A DNA stretch of 61,917 nucleotides, filler included, from Dugesia japonica (lineage: Eukaryota), in the NCBI GenBank assembly GCA_001938525.1. It is 5 parts of 5 records of this genome, joined end to end, with 100 filler letters (N's around TTAATTAATTAA, not from the genome) between each part and the next. Parts side by side here need not be neighbours in the genome. Positions count along the whole stretch, not along the records: positions 36,627 to 48,009 come from MQRL01647121.1; positions 48,110 to 61,917 come from MQRL01639493.1; 3 more parts are not named here. The stretch is one strand, 5' to 3'. Of the stretch, positions 37,351 through 52,278 are shown piece after piece; positions within the stretch are counted from its first letter, which is position 1, and each line of letters begins with the position of its first letter. The notes beneath the pieces are model-generated. The model did no database searches. It was not told the origin of the DNA and saw only the letters and a list, made by a program, of their open reading frames with translations. The translations under genes were made by a program, and so were the position numbers.

Positions 37351-38768
37351 GTTTTGTCTGATATTTTACTTTTTTTTCTTCAATTTTTTTGATTTTAACT
37401 TCAAGTTTTTTAATTTTTAATTGCTTTTTATTTATGACAGGTACAGAGTTAGCAAGAGAGTTCAACCAATTGATTTTATCTTCAATATTTTGGTATCTCC
37501 ACAGTTTGATAGTTGCTTTTTAAATTCTTTTTAATAATTTAACTAAAAGTTTGTAAATTACCTTGCTCTGTGGTATTCGCAATATTTGAAAGGTTCCAAT
37601 TATTACTTTGACCACAGTCTGTGGTATTCACAATAGACAAAAGAGAAGAAATACTATTTTGACCACGAAAATTTAATATAAAAAAATATAAAATATATAT
37701 TATACATTTTTAGTAGAAATGTAAATTATACAAATTTTGAAAATTTCATCAAATTTAAAATAATTTTCTCATTATTTCAATTTGAATATTTATGAACATA
37801 ATTTAGAATTAAACAAACAGAAATAAATCAAATTCAAATCTAAGAATAGACGATTTCATTTGAATTAAAGAAAAATTAATCATTAAAACAAGAAGTTAAA
37901 GAACATTTCTAGAAACAGTAAATTATAATTTATACGCAAATAAATATTTTATCCATAACAATTAAATAAATGTTTTTTGAAAAGATAAATTGAAATAAAA
38001 TATTTGAAACAAATCTTTTCTTATTATTAGAAAGAATTCCAATTAATTAGAAATGAAAAATAAAATTTAATTATACTTTAAACAATAAAATCGTGATTAA
38101 ATCTAAAAGAAAAACATATTTCAAATTGATTAGCAATTGAAAATAATTCGATACTTTTCGTTACATTAACTAAATTTATTAAATTTTTTTAATTTATAAT
38201 TTGAAATAAACTCCATTTAATGATTTTGTCATTTATAATATCTAATTTTTGAAATAATTTTTTTATTAATTCAAATAGTTACAAGGTAATTCGATTTAGT
38301 TTTCACATTTTTAAATAATTATTAATTAATTATTAAATTATTCAGATTGGTGGTGGTTTTCGTTTCTGAAAAATAATTAAAAAATAAAAAAATTAGCGAA
38401 TAAATTAGTTTTTAAATTTTCACAAATAAAGATAAATAAAACAAAAAGGTAATTATTAACTGTTGAAATTTACAGATAATAAAATAAAAAATATATTAAA
38501 TGAAATAAATAATATTTTTACAAATTAACACTTACGTTCTCCGTAAATCAAGATATCACTATTAAACGTACGATCAAAACATTCAATTCTACATAAATAC
38601 GATGAAGATTATTTATTAGATTAACACAAAAATCAAACAAAATTCTCTTTTGCTTAAGATGAGTTGAATATCTATTACTTAATGAGAGTCTTTCGCTAAC
38701 ACTCGATCTTCCTTCTGCAAAATTCTACAAGTCTACAGAACAAGTAAAAAGTTTGCATAAACCAATTA

Positions 38769-39044
38769 TTGCATGGTGGTATCAGACAACTATATATTTA
38801 CTCATCAATAATCGATCCAATTCTGGTTGATGATGTACGTGTGCCACTTTTGAGGAGTATATGGGTTGATAGTAACAAGCATTCATTTGGTAATGTTGTA
38901 CATGTAAGACTTAAAAATCCAATGTATTTACCTGTATCATCATCTTCCATCAATAAAATTGAAATAAACATACGTGATGATACGGAAAGATTGATTGATT
39001 TTCCATATGGATCAAAAACAAGTTTAAATCTACATTTTCGATAA
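38769..39044 (+). pseudogene. Polinton minor capsid (penton) C-terminal part
   Basis: LYIYSSIIDPILVDDVRVPLLR...PMYLPV...IEINIRDD...LHFR. Confidence 0.85.
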
Positions 39045-39082
39045 GTAAAAACAATTTGATTAAAATGTGATTAATTATTGAA

Positions 39083-39490
39083 ATGGTTGATCGAGCTATT
39101 ATTACAATGTATAGTCGTCCACAAATAGGTGGATACTTGCCATATTTTATCGGTAGTCAACAACAGCAAAGCAGTGGAAATTGGCCGCATAGAATTGGAC
39201 GTTTTGCAATTCTAATTTTGCAGAAATTTGGACGTCCAATTGCAAAGTCAGTGGGGGTAAAAAGCACTAAAAACTGTTGATGATGTTATAAGCAAGAAGC
39301 AGTCATTTAAAGAATCAATCAAGAACCAAGCAATGAATATGTTACCTGATGTGAAAGAAAATGCACTTAATGCATCAAAGGAAGTTGTTGGTGGACAGCA
39401 TAGTAGTAGAATACGTTAACGAAAAAATAAAATAACATCAACTATAAATAAAAGACGACGATTAGATGAAACCATCTTTGTAAAATAAGC
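39083..39490 (+). pseudogene. Small Polinton core-like protein
   Basis: QIGGYLPYFIG..Q..G motif and basic tail, located between the minor and major capsid genes. Confidence 0.55.
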
Positions 39491-40732
39491 ATGTATGCCG
39501 AAAAAACTGAATTATCTCTTTTTAATCATAATATACCACAGGTTGTTGTTGAAAGCTCCACATTTAAAGAAATCTACCCAAAAGATTCTATAACTNNNNN
39601 NNNTGGGCAACAAATTGAATTCAATATTATTGGTTCAGATAATGATTACTTGGATTTGAATGATACGTTGCTCATTATTAAAATAAAAACAGTAAAGCAT
39701 GATGGAACGGATTTTGCATCGACTGATACTACCAACATGAATCCTTTAAATTATTTGCTTCATACTTTATTCAAAGAAGCATCATTAACTTTAAATAATG
39801 CAAAGATTGAAGATAAAAATGATACTTATATGCAAAAAGCGGTAATTGAAGCAGCATTGAATTTTGGATCGGATACAAAAAACACGTTTCTTGAATTCAT
39901 TGGTTATCATAAAGAAGATGACAGNAGAAAAGGTTGGATTAAAACGTCTGCAAAGCTAACACTCTACGGTGCATTTAATCTGGATTACTTTGAACAGCTA
40001 AAGTATTTGTTGCTGGGAGTCAATGTGACAATAAAATTGAAGAGAAATGTGGGTTCAGTAATTTACAAATATACCAACGGTACTGATACAGTTAAGATGA
40101 ATCCACAACCATAAATTATAAAAGCAAAATTAGTAGTGCAACGTGTTCGTGTTGATCAGTCGGTTATGATTGGACATAGTCAAGGATTAGAATTGCAATT
40201 TACCTTTTCCAGAAAACAAAAATCGTACATTTTACAATTCCGAAAAACTCACATTGAGAATATAAAGATAATTTATTTTCTGATGAACAATTACNGAAAT
40301 TTGTTTTGGCTGCTTATCAATCATCAAAACAAGCAAGTAGTGATTATGGTTCACTTAGCTTGACATTCTCAAATTTCAATGTAAAATCAAAATGCTTAGC
40401 GAGAAACGTTGATTACCGAGAAACATATACCACTGATTTTGATACCGACTATACTGAGAAATATGTGCAATAAATTAATAGTAACATGTGTCTTTTAAAT
40501 GTTGATCAAGACAATGGTATTACAATGAAGNAATTTAAAGATTCCTGTTACGTTTTTCACCACTGTATTGGCTTCAGACTTTGCTGTTGATCAACCGTAA
40601 TTACCAAAAACAGGAAATCTCAAGTTGGATGGGCGATTTCATAAAGTCTTGACGGAATCAGTGACAATGTATGCATATGAAGTATTTGATTCGGAAATTC
40701 GAATCACCAAGAATGGAGTAGTGGTTGTATAA
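39491..40732 (+). pseudogene. Polinton double jelly-roll major capsid protein
   Basis: KTELSLF...PQVVVE...IYP...IEFNI...YLDLNDTLL...PLNYLLHTLF...KYLLLGVNVTIKLKRN...KTGNLKLD..F. Confidence 0.85.
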
Positions 40733-40808
40733 ACAATACATACATCTATGTGTGGATTGCATAGCATGAAGTATGTATTGTTTTTTTATAAAGAGAATTT
40801 ATTGATTA

Positions 40809-41156
40809 ATANTACTTTTCAGATTGAAACAATATTGAAACGTGATTTGGCAGCAGACAATTCAAATGAGTATATCCACTGGAATGATTATCATACCTTT
40901 TACAAAACTGATGGTATGTAATCAATAAACATACATCGAATTTGGATCGTAAGAATTGGATTGCTATTCATATTAAACCAAATATTATTCGTGTATTTGA
41001 TCCTATGAATATGTTTTATCCACCATTTTTGTAACAAAATCAGAGCGTATGCAACAACGTGTCGATTACAATCAATTTATGTATCCGAATCAATTGACAT
41101 TTCTATGTGGACAATATTGTATTGAATGGATCAAAAGGCAGTATAAACAATGTTAA
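40809..41156 (+). pseudogene. Adenain-like cysteine maturation protease
   Basis: NTFQIETIL, (H/N)WIAIHI...FDP, LCGQYCIEWI. Confidence 0.7.
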
Positions 41157-41180
41157 TGTGATTATCATTAAATATATAAA

Positions 41181-41626
41181 ATGTCTGTATTTTTATTGAT
41201 TATGAAGCCTTTCGTAATGATAATGCCAACTATTTAATTAAAGAATTATGTATAATGGATGTGGATAATATTCTTCAACCGTTTGCCATGACGGAATCAA
41301 TGGGTAGTTTATNNNNNNNNNNNNNNNNNNNTAATGAGTACTTACGGCTCTGGCTTCATCATCTCAGGTGGATTGATGGATATTCAAACTTTGATCCATC
41401 TAGAATACTCAATGTCTTGAAATCCATTCCAAACGATGTGGTGTTTTATGTGAATGATCAAGTAAATGGAAAGAAAATTAATACTCTCAAGCAATTTTTA
41501 CCGAGTCTTATAATTGCCAATTATAACTCAGATGTGCATCCTCAATTAAGTATACCGGATAATATTTCCTGTCCATATTTAATCATGGAGATTATTGTGC
41601 TTTCAAAAATTTTTAAAGCTTTGTAA
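41181..41626 (+). pseudogene. Polinton-associated DEDD exonuclease-like ORF
   Basis: FFIDYEAF...YLIKELCI...HHLRWIDG. Confidence 0.55.
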
Positions 41627-41664
41627 ATAAATCTTTATCGTCGGTTTTAGTAATTAGTAATAAT

Positions 41665-41724
<60 letters not shown>

Positions 41725-42782
41725 NNNNNNNNNNNNNNNNNNNNNNNNNNNNNNNNNNNNNNNNNNNNNNNNNNTAATATTAATATTAAGAATAATATTA
41801 ATATTGAATTATATGAAAAAATCCATTTAAAGTACAAATTTTCATGGTCAAAACAAATAATGCTTTGAAGCTCACTAATCCGTGAAAATTAAACGAATAA
41901 TTTGTAAAGTTTAGGGTGTGAAATTCACTGTTTATATTAAGGTGTGAACTTTCACACCTTATATAAAAACATTTCAATAACAATATCAAAGATAATGAAA
42001 ATAAAATTCTCACGCTTAAAAAATTTTCATTGTTTGCATTAAAGTGTAAAAGTTCACATCAAAGGTGTGAAATTTACACCTATTAAAATAATAATAATAA
42101 AAAATNNNNNNNNNNNNNNNNNNNNNNNNNNNNNNNNNNNNNNNNNNNNNNNNNNNNNNNNNNNNNNNNNNNNNNNNNNNNNNNNNNNNNNNNNNNATAA
42201 TAACAATTTCATGTAAAATCTCAAAGCGCGACGCTTTAAACAAAAAGCAATAAAAATTTATTTTTTAAATTAAACTGTGAAATTTACATTATAAAAATAT
42301 TTAAAAAGTCATAAATTAATTAAGATATTAAAGTAAATTAAATTAACATTTTTGTACAAAAATCTGAAGATTAATTTAAATATTTTTATACACAATTTAT
42401 TGTAGACTTTTAGAAATTACAATTTTGTTTTAAAATTTTGTAAGATTTTTAAATGATATTTTAATAACAAATGATCATTTTATTTTAAAATTTTGTGGAA
42501 ATTTTAAATGATGTGTTAATAACAAATAATTGTTTTTTTTGAAATTTTTGCGAAATTTTAAATGAGATTTTGATAACAAATAATTATTTTTAAATTTTTC
42601 AAATTATTTTTAATGAAATTTCAATCTAAAATTTTAAATTTATTAAAAAATAGTTCCCAATTAAAGTTTTAATTGGTTTGAATAAACAAATAATGATGGA
42701 TATAGTTTGTTTTGTGAATAAACCTTTTATAGAAACGAGTTTTGATATTAATTATCCAATGAGTGCTTCAAACTCATCTAAC

Positions 42783-42823
<41 letters not shown>

Positions 42824-43974
42824 TAATGATAATAAAATTTAATATTAACAAGTTTAATATTATAGATTATAATAATAACAATAATAATGATTACAATGTC
42901 AATTATTATATACCCTATTGTGAATTATTTTTTTCAATGTACAACAATAAAAATACCAATTATATTCATGCCAGAATCAGAAAGTATTTAAACAATACGC
43001 TAAATTGTAAACTATTTGTTTATAAAATAAATAAATATTTTTATATAATAATAAACCATGTTTCACAAATATTTAAATGTTTTTCTGTGTAAAAGGATTT
43101 TTAATTATTTCATTATAAGATTATTAATATTAATTTGAACTTTTTTTAATTTAAAATTTATTTCAATTTATCAAAATAAAACAATTAAATGTTAAAAATA
43201 ATTGCATCTATGTCTAAAGTTACAGATACATTGATGATATTCGAATGGTTTTGAAATAATAAGATTCTTTTGCAACGAGAGAAGTAGTAAGTGTCAATAA
43301 GGAAAATCAAAAATTAGTATTGTTTAAAGTTATTTAACTTAGAACATTAATAATTTAATCGAAAAAAAAANATATTTATTAAGTAAAATTCATAGGCTTT
43401 CATTAAATTTATTAAATAAATAAATTATGAATTTTAGGTTAAATAAATTTTTATATTAATTAAAGCCATGTTTGTAAACAATCATTATTTTTTACATTTT
43501 TACCAGTTTTATAATTAATGCATTATCCGTATTTTATACCAATTTGTCAGTATATATTTATAAATAATCAGTATTCAAGGAATCAATATTAAAGGGATCG
43601 ATCAATTCAGTATAATAACTAATGTACCAGTATAATAACTAAAAGATCGGCAAATAATACAAACAGTCAGTATGGGATACAAGTAATCAGTATTTCGATG
43701 AAAAAAATGTCAGTTGGTTATGTTGGTAAGTTAAAAATCAATTGCGTGGGTGTTGGTGTTGTTTTTATACCGTTACGCGTTATTTGATAGTTTGTCAGAT
43801 TTGTCAACTTGAAAATTCATGGTTGCTTCTATCTTTCAAGTAAGTTTTATTAATTATTAATTTTTTTACTTTATTAAAAACTCTAAAATCTCAAGTACAT
43901 ATATTTGTGTTCTTAAATATAATACTAATTTAAGTATTTGTATATGTAATCTAACCTAACATTGGGGTTAGTTA

Positions 43975-44455
43975 ATGAAACGATTTTCAAATATTAACTT
44001 TTTTTTTTCAACTGAATCAATTGAAAGTACAGTCGATGAAACGCACCATTCTTTGGCCAATTGGAAAGATATTAATTTGCATCATGATCATGCCAAATCT
44101 CACGTGACTTTGATGACTCAGCGTAACATTGCTGAGCTAGAATTAAAACAACTAATTAAGCCACCTTATTCACCGGATTTAACATCTTCCAATTTTTAAA
44201 TATTCAGGTCCCTACAAATATCTCTCTGTGCTAAAAATTTCCAAACTTTAAAGAACTCCAAAGAACACTTGAATTAATTTATAGCCTAAAAAGATAGCAA
44301 GTAAAGAAGATGGTTTGACGAAGTGTATTAGATATCGCGACAAGTAGTGGAATAGAATGATGAATATTTTAGTGATTAAATAAATGTATATTGGTTTTTA
44401 ACTTGTTTTTGATTTTCAATTAAAAAAAGCTGCGAACTTATATTTCTATCTAATA
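43975..44455 (+). mobile_element. Mariner transposase 3' fragment with degenerate right TIR
   Basis: LHHDHAKSH...PPYSPDLTSSNF*IFRSLQ; end AAAAAAAGCTGCGAACTTATATTTCTATCTAATA. Confidence 0.85.
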
Positions 44456-45200
44456 TAAATTTTAAAATAATTTGATATTAATGATATTTACTTTTAAATG
44501 TTTTATTACTTGCATTATAAGGATGAGGAACGAACTATTTAAATATTTAATAACAAAAGTGGTTTCTCGATTATTGCATTGATTTCTATTTAATATAACT
44601 ATTAAAAAATGTCTATAAACACTTTTTTAAATAATTAAAAAAATTTATTTATTTGTAATTCAAAGGAAACGAATCTTAATTATTACAAACATAATTATTG
44701 TTAGCTGTCGCTAAATTATTAGTTTCATTTTCAAGAACTGGATCTAGAAAATAATTAACATAACTTCAAGATTTATTGATAACAATAAATAGAAATTAAT
44801 ATTCTAATTCAGAATATTAAAACAAACTTTTCAAGGCTAAATTATTGTAATGTTGACAAAATTTACTGGCTATAATTTTAAATATAAAATTTTTTTGAAA
44901 TTATTTAAAAAAATGATAATTATCGATAATTGCAAGTATGAGTTTCTTTTTAAACTTCTAATAATTATAATTAACTGCTTTGATTTATTATTTTTATTTA
45001 TTATTTTTCGCAAAATACGCCTAATTAACTATCACTCTCATGCAACCAATTTCTGTTCTTCTTTAATATTTATATCTTTATAAAATTTCTACAAAATATT
45101 ATAATTATTCTTTTGTTTTAAATTCTGGTTAAGATTGATTCAAAAAAGGAAAACTTAAAATAAAATGAATATAAAATAATTGTCAAATAATTACTCAAGA

Positions 45201-45269
<69 letters not shown>

Positions 45270-47041
45270 NNNNNNNNNNNNNNNNNNNNNNNNNNNNNNN
45301 NNNNNNNNNNNNNNNNNNNAATAATAATAATAATAATAATTACAAAAGCATTATTATTAAAATCTTGAAATATTATTTAATAAAATTTTCAATAACTTCA
45401 AATAATTCATCATTTAACTGTCAAATGAAAATTTATTAAATAAAATATTTAATTTTAATATTTATCAACTACTTTCAGTTGATCGAAGCTTATTTTACCT
45501 AAGTTTCTGTCATAAACAACTGTCAAATATTAAAAAATAATTAGAAATTCTATAAAATTTAAAATTTTTATTAAAATAAAATTTAATTAATGTAAGGTAT
45601 TAAATTTTTTTAATAATTAAAAAAAATGGAATACGAAATTTTTTTATAAACTGCTTTTAAATAAACATCCTTTTTCAAAAACAATGATTTTTATAATATT
45701 CGCTAATGGATAATACAACAAACTCAATCCAATAAATCAATATCATTTCCAATTATTAATATAATAATAATTAATTAATTAATTAATTTCTTATTATATA
45801 GATATACCAAGAAAAAAGATTTTCAGAAAATTATGTTTTCTAGAAAGATTATATTTTATAAACCGGATGCAAAGATAAGACATAAAATCTGTTATTTTTA
45901 ACTTGCAAAAAATGAGAAATCACGCTTGATTAATGAACTGAGTTAATTTGCATGATTTGATGAAAATAAATATAATTTTTATCGTTCTTATAATTTCATT
46001 TTAAAACCATTTACTAAATATTAATTTTTAATTAAAATAATTTAATAGAATGATTATAGAAATTAAATTAAATTTCAATTTAATTATGTGTTCAATATTT
46101 CTGATTAAACAGTTAATTTGCTCTTTATTTTGATTTCATTGTTTTTAATTATTTATAATTATAACAACACTAATCAGTAATATTTAACTTGTATTTATTA
46201 TAGTCAAAATCTTTAATCTTTTCTTTCGAACTAAAATAATTGAAGCAAATGTTTTGTGATTTTAACTTTGTTTCAATTTCTATTTTATTAAAGCTTTTAC
46301 TCAACATTGCATTCATTTATGCTTGTATTTAAAATTTCGCAGTTTAAACCGCTCGAATTTTCGCTCTTATGCAATCGGAATATAAGAGGAATATAAATAA
46401 GTTTGGGGGGGGGCTAAAGTAGTGGTGGATAAGCAATAATAAATTACCAGATTATGATAACAACGCATTTATAGTTTCATATTTTGTTCATCATGAAAAT
46501 GAATCTAGTGAAGAAGATGAAGATGAATATGAAGCTTGGAAATTTCGAATATTCATTTTAACTTAGCGTTTCTTACAAACCAGGGCAATGTCTAAAATAA
46601 TTCTTGTTGATGTCACGTAAAAACCTTTTAGAAAAGGAAATAATGAAGGTAATAATATTATTATTTTAATAAATTCTGCTTCAGTTGTTTCAAATTTTCA
46701 ATGGCATCATAGCAGTCACCAACACAAAGGTTTGTAGAATAAAATAACAAAGCAACATATTATTTTGTGTAATAAAAGTCACCAGCGTTTTCTAACATAT
46801 AAAAATTTGCTATACAATCTGCTATACTGTACATGATTTATTATAAGAATTACAAAATCAAAAACAAAACTGAAATGGAATCTCCACAATAAACGTCAAA
46901 AGTGATGATAAAAATTTACTATAAAAGAATATCACAATTTCATTCATTTAAATTCGTTGTTTGACCTCTTATTGATTGACTGTACAAATTTGAAAATAGC
47001 AAATTTTATTTGGTCAACGTTTGGAAAACTTCGGAAAACAA

Positions 47042-47083
<42 letters not shown>

Positions 47084-48109
47084 AAGTATAACAATTAATT
47101 AGTAAAAAAATCAATTGATTTACAAAAATGTGGTTATATTGGTTGAATCACTAAATAATCCGAGAGTTAAATACTATGACGTAGTTTATACGTATATGTG
47201 TGCTTTTGTGAAAAGTTTTTGAATCCATTATTTTTATGAAAATTTCAATAGTTTAAGTCAATGGATTTAATGCTTACCTAATTATAAAAAATGTCAAAAA
47301 GGTAATATAAGAGTAATTACTTTCCGTATTTAGAAAATATAATGATAAATGATGTCCGAGTAGATAGAAAAATAGACAAAATAATGGGAATAATTCCCGA
47401 CAGAAATCATTTCGAAATAATTCCTAGTAAAGTGTGAAAATGAATTAGCATTCATAGTAATAATTGTTTTTAATTTACTGCTTATAGTAACGCTATCTCA
47501 GATTTTTAACCTTTTAATATCTAACAAATACATGAAAAGTTAATTTTTGTAATTTATAAAATTGATGAATAAATTGTGAAAAATTAAATCTTCAAACAAC
47601 TTAACAATAAATAAAGAGAAAATATGGAAAATAAAATTTAAAAATATTGTACAAAAATGAATTTTAACATATTGGCACCATAAATATACAAATGTTACAA
47701 CATTGTTTTTCAAACCTTTTTGGCCGTAAACATTACAAATGTTTCACTGACTTTTTACAACATAAATTGAAATCATTTTTATAAACATTTAAATAACTAT
47801 TGCTTTAATTGAGGAAATTATTCTTGCTGTATTCACCAAACCATTACAATGTCAATTAAAGTCTAATTAAAGACTTATGATAATAAATAATAATATAATT
47901 GAAAAATTATAAAAAAGCAATAAGTATAGTATTAATATTATTATAATTAAATAATTGACAACCATTTTTTAAAATATTTATTTGCTATCAATTTCGACGG
48001 AATAACCGTNNNNNNNNNNNNNNNNNNNNNNNNNNNNNNNNNNNNNNNNNNNNTTAATTAATTAANNNNNNNNNNNNNNNNNNNNNNNNNNNNNNNNNNN
48101 NNNNNNNNN

Positions 48110-49670
48110 TGTTTCCTCAGAAATGTTTAAATGATCTTCTTTTTCCTTTTCAATTATGTTCAGTATTCTTGTTTTAATCTTCCTTTTTATGACATCTTCA
48201 TGTGGCATTTAACACTGTACACATACCTCACATCTTGGTCTAGATAACATATCTGCATTAGCATGTTGAATTCTTTTTCTATATTCAAAAACCATGTCTA
48301 AACTGCTCAGATAATTAATCCATGCCTGGAATTGCGACGTAATTGGTTTCTTTGTCGTCATCATAAAAGTTAGATGTTTATGATCTGTTCTAAGAGTAAA
48401 TCTTCTACCGTACAAGTAATGTTTGAAATCCATACAGAAATAATAAACAGCCAATAACTCATTTCGTGTAATGCAGTATCCCTTTTCATGACTCGTCATT
48501 GAGTGTGATCCATAAGCAACAACTCTTTCTCTTCCATCTTTATCTCTCTGTGACAACACTGCTCTAATCGCATCAAAACTGGCATCCGTGTCTAATATAA
48601 ATTCTTTGTTTATGTCCTGAAAACACTATATTAGTGCAGTCATTAGACATTTATTCAGACCCTCAAAAGTATCATTTATTTCATCTGTCCATTCTTATTT
48701 CTTGTTGCTTGGTCCGCTACACNNNNNNNNNNNNNNNNNNNNNNNNNNNNNNNNNNNNNNNNNNNNNNNNNNTCCGCTACACAACTGCTCTAATATCTTT
48801 GATTTTCTTGCGTAGTTTTCTATAAACTTCCTTTAATAATTACAAAAATTCCCAAGAAACTTCATAACTTCTTCAGATAGTTAGGTTTGCCAAATGTTCT
48901 TTTAGGTTCTATTTTTTAAACAGATCAGTTCTAACACCATCCCTGCTAATTATGTGTCCAAAAACTTGATTTCGCTTTGAAAAAACTGACACTTTTCCGT
49001 ATTAATTCTTAGACCAGACTTCATTATTTCCGTCAATAATCTTTTGATTACTTCATAGTGTTGATCTTTATTGTTCGTAAATATCAGGATGTCATCAAGA
49101 TAAAACCATGGCTCCATTGATTCCACCTACCACTTTTGCCATAATCTCTTGAGATGTCCCTGGTGCCGCTGCGATTCCAAATGGCATTCCATTAAAACAA
49201 TATTGTCGATGCTTCGTTGAAAACGCCGTTTTTTCTTGATATTCTTCTTCAAGCTCAACCTGATAGTATGCATTTCCCAAATCTATTGAACTGAAATATT
49301 TGGCTCCATCTAACGTGTCCAGCATTTCATTGACATTTGGCATAGGAAAGGCTTGTCTTTTCATTACTGCATTCAATTGTCTGAGATCCAAACATATTCT
49401 TATATCTTTCTTTTCTTTTTTCCAAACACAGATCAGTGGGGTATTCCATGGAGAGTTGCATTTCCGGATAATATTATTCTCGAAAAGATTTTGGATAGCT
49501 TCTTCAATTTTAGATTCTAAGTTCATTGGTTGTCTATACGGTTCTAAATTGATTGGTTGAGCACTTGTGATTATTTTGTGTCTTGTCAGATGTGTGCGTC
49601 CTACATCCCATTTATCTTTACTTTCAATTATTTTCAATTACCGTTGATCCTCTTTAATCTTCAAAATATT
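48110..49670 (-). pseudogene. Gypsy RT-RNase H fragment, same family as 31954-35847
   Basis: SPWNTP, LDLRQLN, IDLGNAYYQ, MPFG, DTDASF, RTDHK, HANADMLSR; closely similar to 33220-34250. Confidence 0.92.
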
Positions 49671-50399
49671 TCTATTTTCTTTCTATTGGCTGAAATTATT
49701 AATTATTTCTTTATAGACACATTGGTAGAATTATAAATATTACCAGAGTGTATTCAATTCGAATGATTTTGGTTTGTATTATACGAAAAATGCATAAGTA
49801 CTGAAAAGTATAACTGTTAACTCTTATATTAATTATTGACTTGAAATTATTTTTATTATGCTTTAAAATTATTTTGATTATTTTTTCTATTTTTGAAAAT
49901 AAATTTCCGATATTTAAAACGGTATCGTAAAAATTAAGGATTTTAATTTTAATTTTAATTTTATGTAAAATTATTTAAATAATATGGTAAATTTATAAAA
50001 TACTTTTTTTAGTTTAATATGGCAAATAAAGAAAATATTTATCAGAAGCGACTTTTTGTAACCAGTCAAGGAGTGAGTTTAATTTTATTATAAATTTATT
50101 ATAACATCAATGTTATTTATTGGAAAAATCATAAAATATTATTAAAAAATATCCAAAAATATCCAAAAAATATCCTTGATCGATATTGTTCCAAGCTAAA
50201 ATTATTTTAATTTATTAATGCTATAAATTTTGAGTTGTTATTATTATCATTTCCGATTTTCGATCCAATGTTAAAATATCTACATTCAAAGGTTTAGTTA
50301 AATTAAAATGATTTTCTCCATTTTATTTTAAGTAAATGGCTTTTGTTTTAGTATTTAATAACTTGGTAAATTAATGATATTTCCTTATAACAGTTTTAG

Positions 50400-51050
50400 A
50401 ATATTAAATGCCGTACCTTATTTGGCTTGTTTTCAGTGTACTCTCAAAGCCATTTCAAGAAGTTAATAAGAGATCCTCAATCGATTTTTACCATACATTC
50501 AGTGAATTATTTACGCAAAGAAGTTTTGCGCCTTACTTTATTTGGGAATCATTTAACAGACAAATGCTTAAATTATCTAATAAGTGCTATTTTAGTATGG
50601 ATGTTTTTGCAAATCGAATTGCAGTAAATCCCAGATTTGAAAAACAATATTTTATCTGATACAACACTTTGATATTCTACGTTTTCAAGAATACCAACAT
50701 GCCCCATAATTATACGTTAATACGACTAGTTTGTTTCAAAACGTTTGTAAAGACCTACTTAAATGTTTTCATGCTGTTTAATGCTCTTTGAAATTGTTGT
50801 TGCAGTCAAAAAATTGTGACTGTTTCATTTCTCAAAAACGTCAAAAAATTTTCATTTCGCAATTTGAATTTTAGAAACTTATACAGGGTGATGGCAACAA
50901 AGCAAAATACATTTTTGTGACAACTTACAGTCGCTGAAATTACCAATAATCATTCTATGCTATGTTTATTGATATCAATATCAAAATCAAATAATTACAT
51001 CAATAATCTATCTTTATTAAAATCCATAGGCTGGCATTTGATTTTATTCT
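50400..51050 (+). pseudogene. Possible leucine-rich-repeat (RI-like) gene fragment
   Basis: VLRLTLFGNHLTDKCLNYL and *IPDLKNNILSDTTL fit LxLxxNxLxD; preceded by an acceptor-like TTTTAG. Confidence 0.3.
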
Positions 51051-52100
51051 ATTAAATGTTACCCCATTAAAATGAGTTTGAAACTAAAATGATCCTTACT
51101 TATAAATAAAAATATAGAAAAGCAGGAACAAATATATTTATAATTATGATTTAAGCATCCAACATACCTAAATCAGCAAGCAAACACAAACCTATGATGC
51201 AACATACCAAACATTTGACCTATCTAGACAATGATTAATTACACAACATTTAATTTTAATCATTGTTTATAATACAAATAAAAATACCTCAACAATCCAA
51301 TTAATTATGATCTACTTTTTTGTTCAGGTAATTCCTAGTATAAATTATATTTGTTTTTAGTTCAATTATTTCTCTTTTGAATTTCTCTATTTCTATTTTA
51401 ATGGAACTTTTCTCAAATGTCATTGAAAATTAAATTTTCTTTTTTGTCATAAGGTTTCTCGTTCATACAAATTTTATTGGCCTGAGTAAGGCTTTTAGAC
51501 TTAAGCAGTTATAATAATATTATCATTTCCCATTTTATCAAGACATTCGTAGATTTCTTAACCAAAGTTTCTTCAGTCATTTCAGCTTATTCACTTGAAT
51601 TTTGCATTTTGATGTTTATGAGAAATTCTTCGTAGTTTTCTGTTTTCTTTAAAGCCAGTAGATAGATAGTGTCTACCAATGCACACAAACACATACCCTT
51701 CAACCCAGGATTAGTGATGTAATGACACTAAATCCTTGTGTTTTTAGTTAGGAATTTATTGGGAGAAAGTTATGTGCGAAACATTGATGATTATTACAAT
51801 TGATAAAAAAATTAATGTTCAAACTAGACTTTCTAAATCTTTATTGAATGTTTTTAGTTAATTTGATTTATTGGAGAGATTGTATAATTGGTTACATAAT
51901 CAGAACTTTTAATACATAAGCATTTTTTAGAAAATATAAAAAAGGAACAAATTTTGTTTTAATAAAGAATTTTAAAAAAGAATTAAATTATTGTATCTGA
52001 AGATGAAATATATTCTGTCAAAACATGCAATATGAGAATATATATTTAAATGGAGTTTCATAGTTTATTATTAATATAATTATTATTACTACTATTATTT

Positions 52101-52163
<63 letters not shown>

Positions 52164-52213
52164 NNNNNNNNNNNNNNNNNNNNNNNNNNNNNNNNNNNNN
52201 NNNNNNNNNNNNN

Positions 52214-52278
<65 letters not shown>

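Larger units (their letters stand above)
38540..41630 (+). mobile_element. Polinton/Maverick virion morphogenesis module (degraded)
   Basis: Colinear minor capsid, small core-like protein, major capsid, adenain protease and DEDD-like ORF. Confidence 0.85.
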
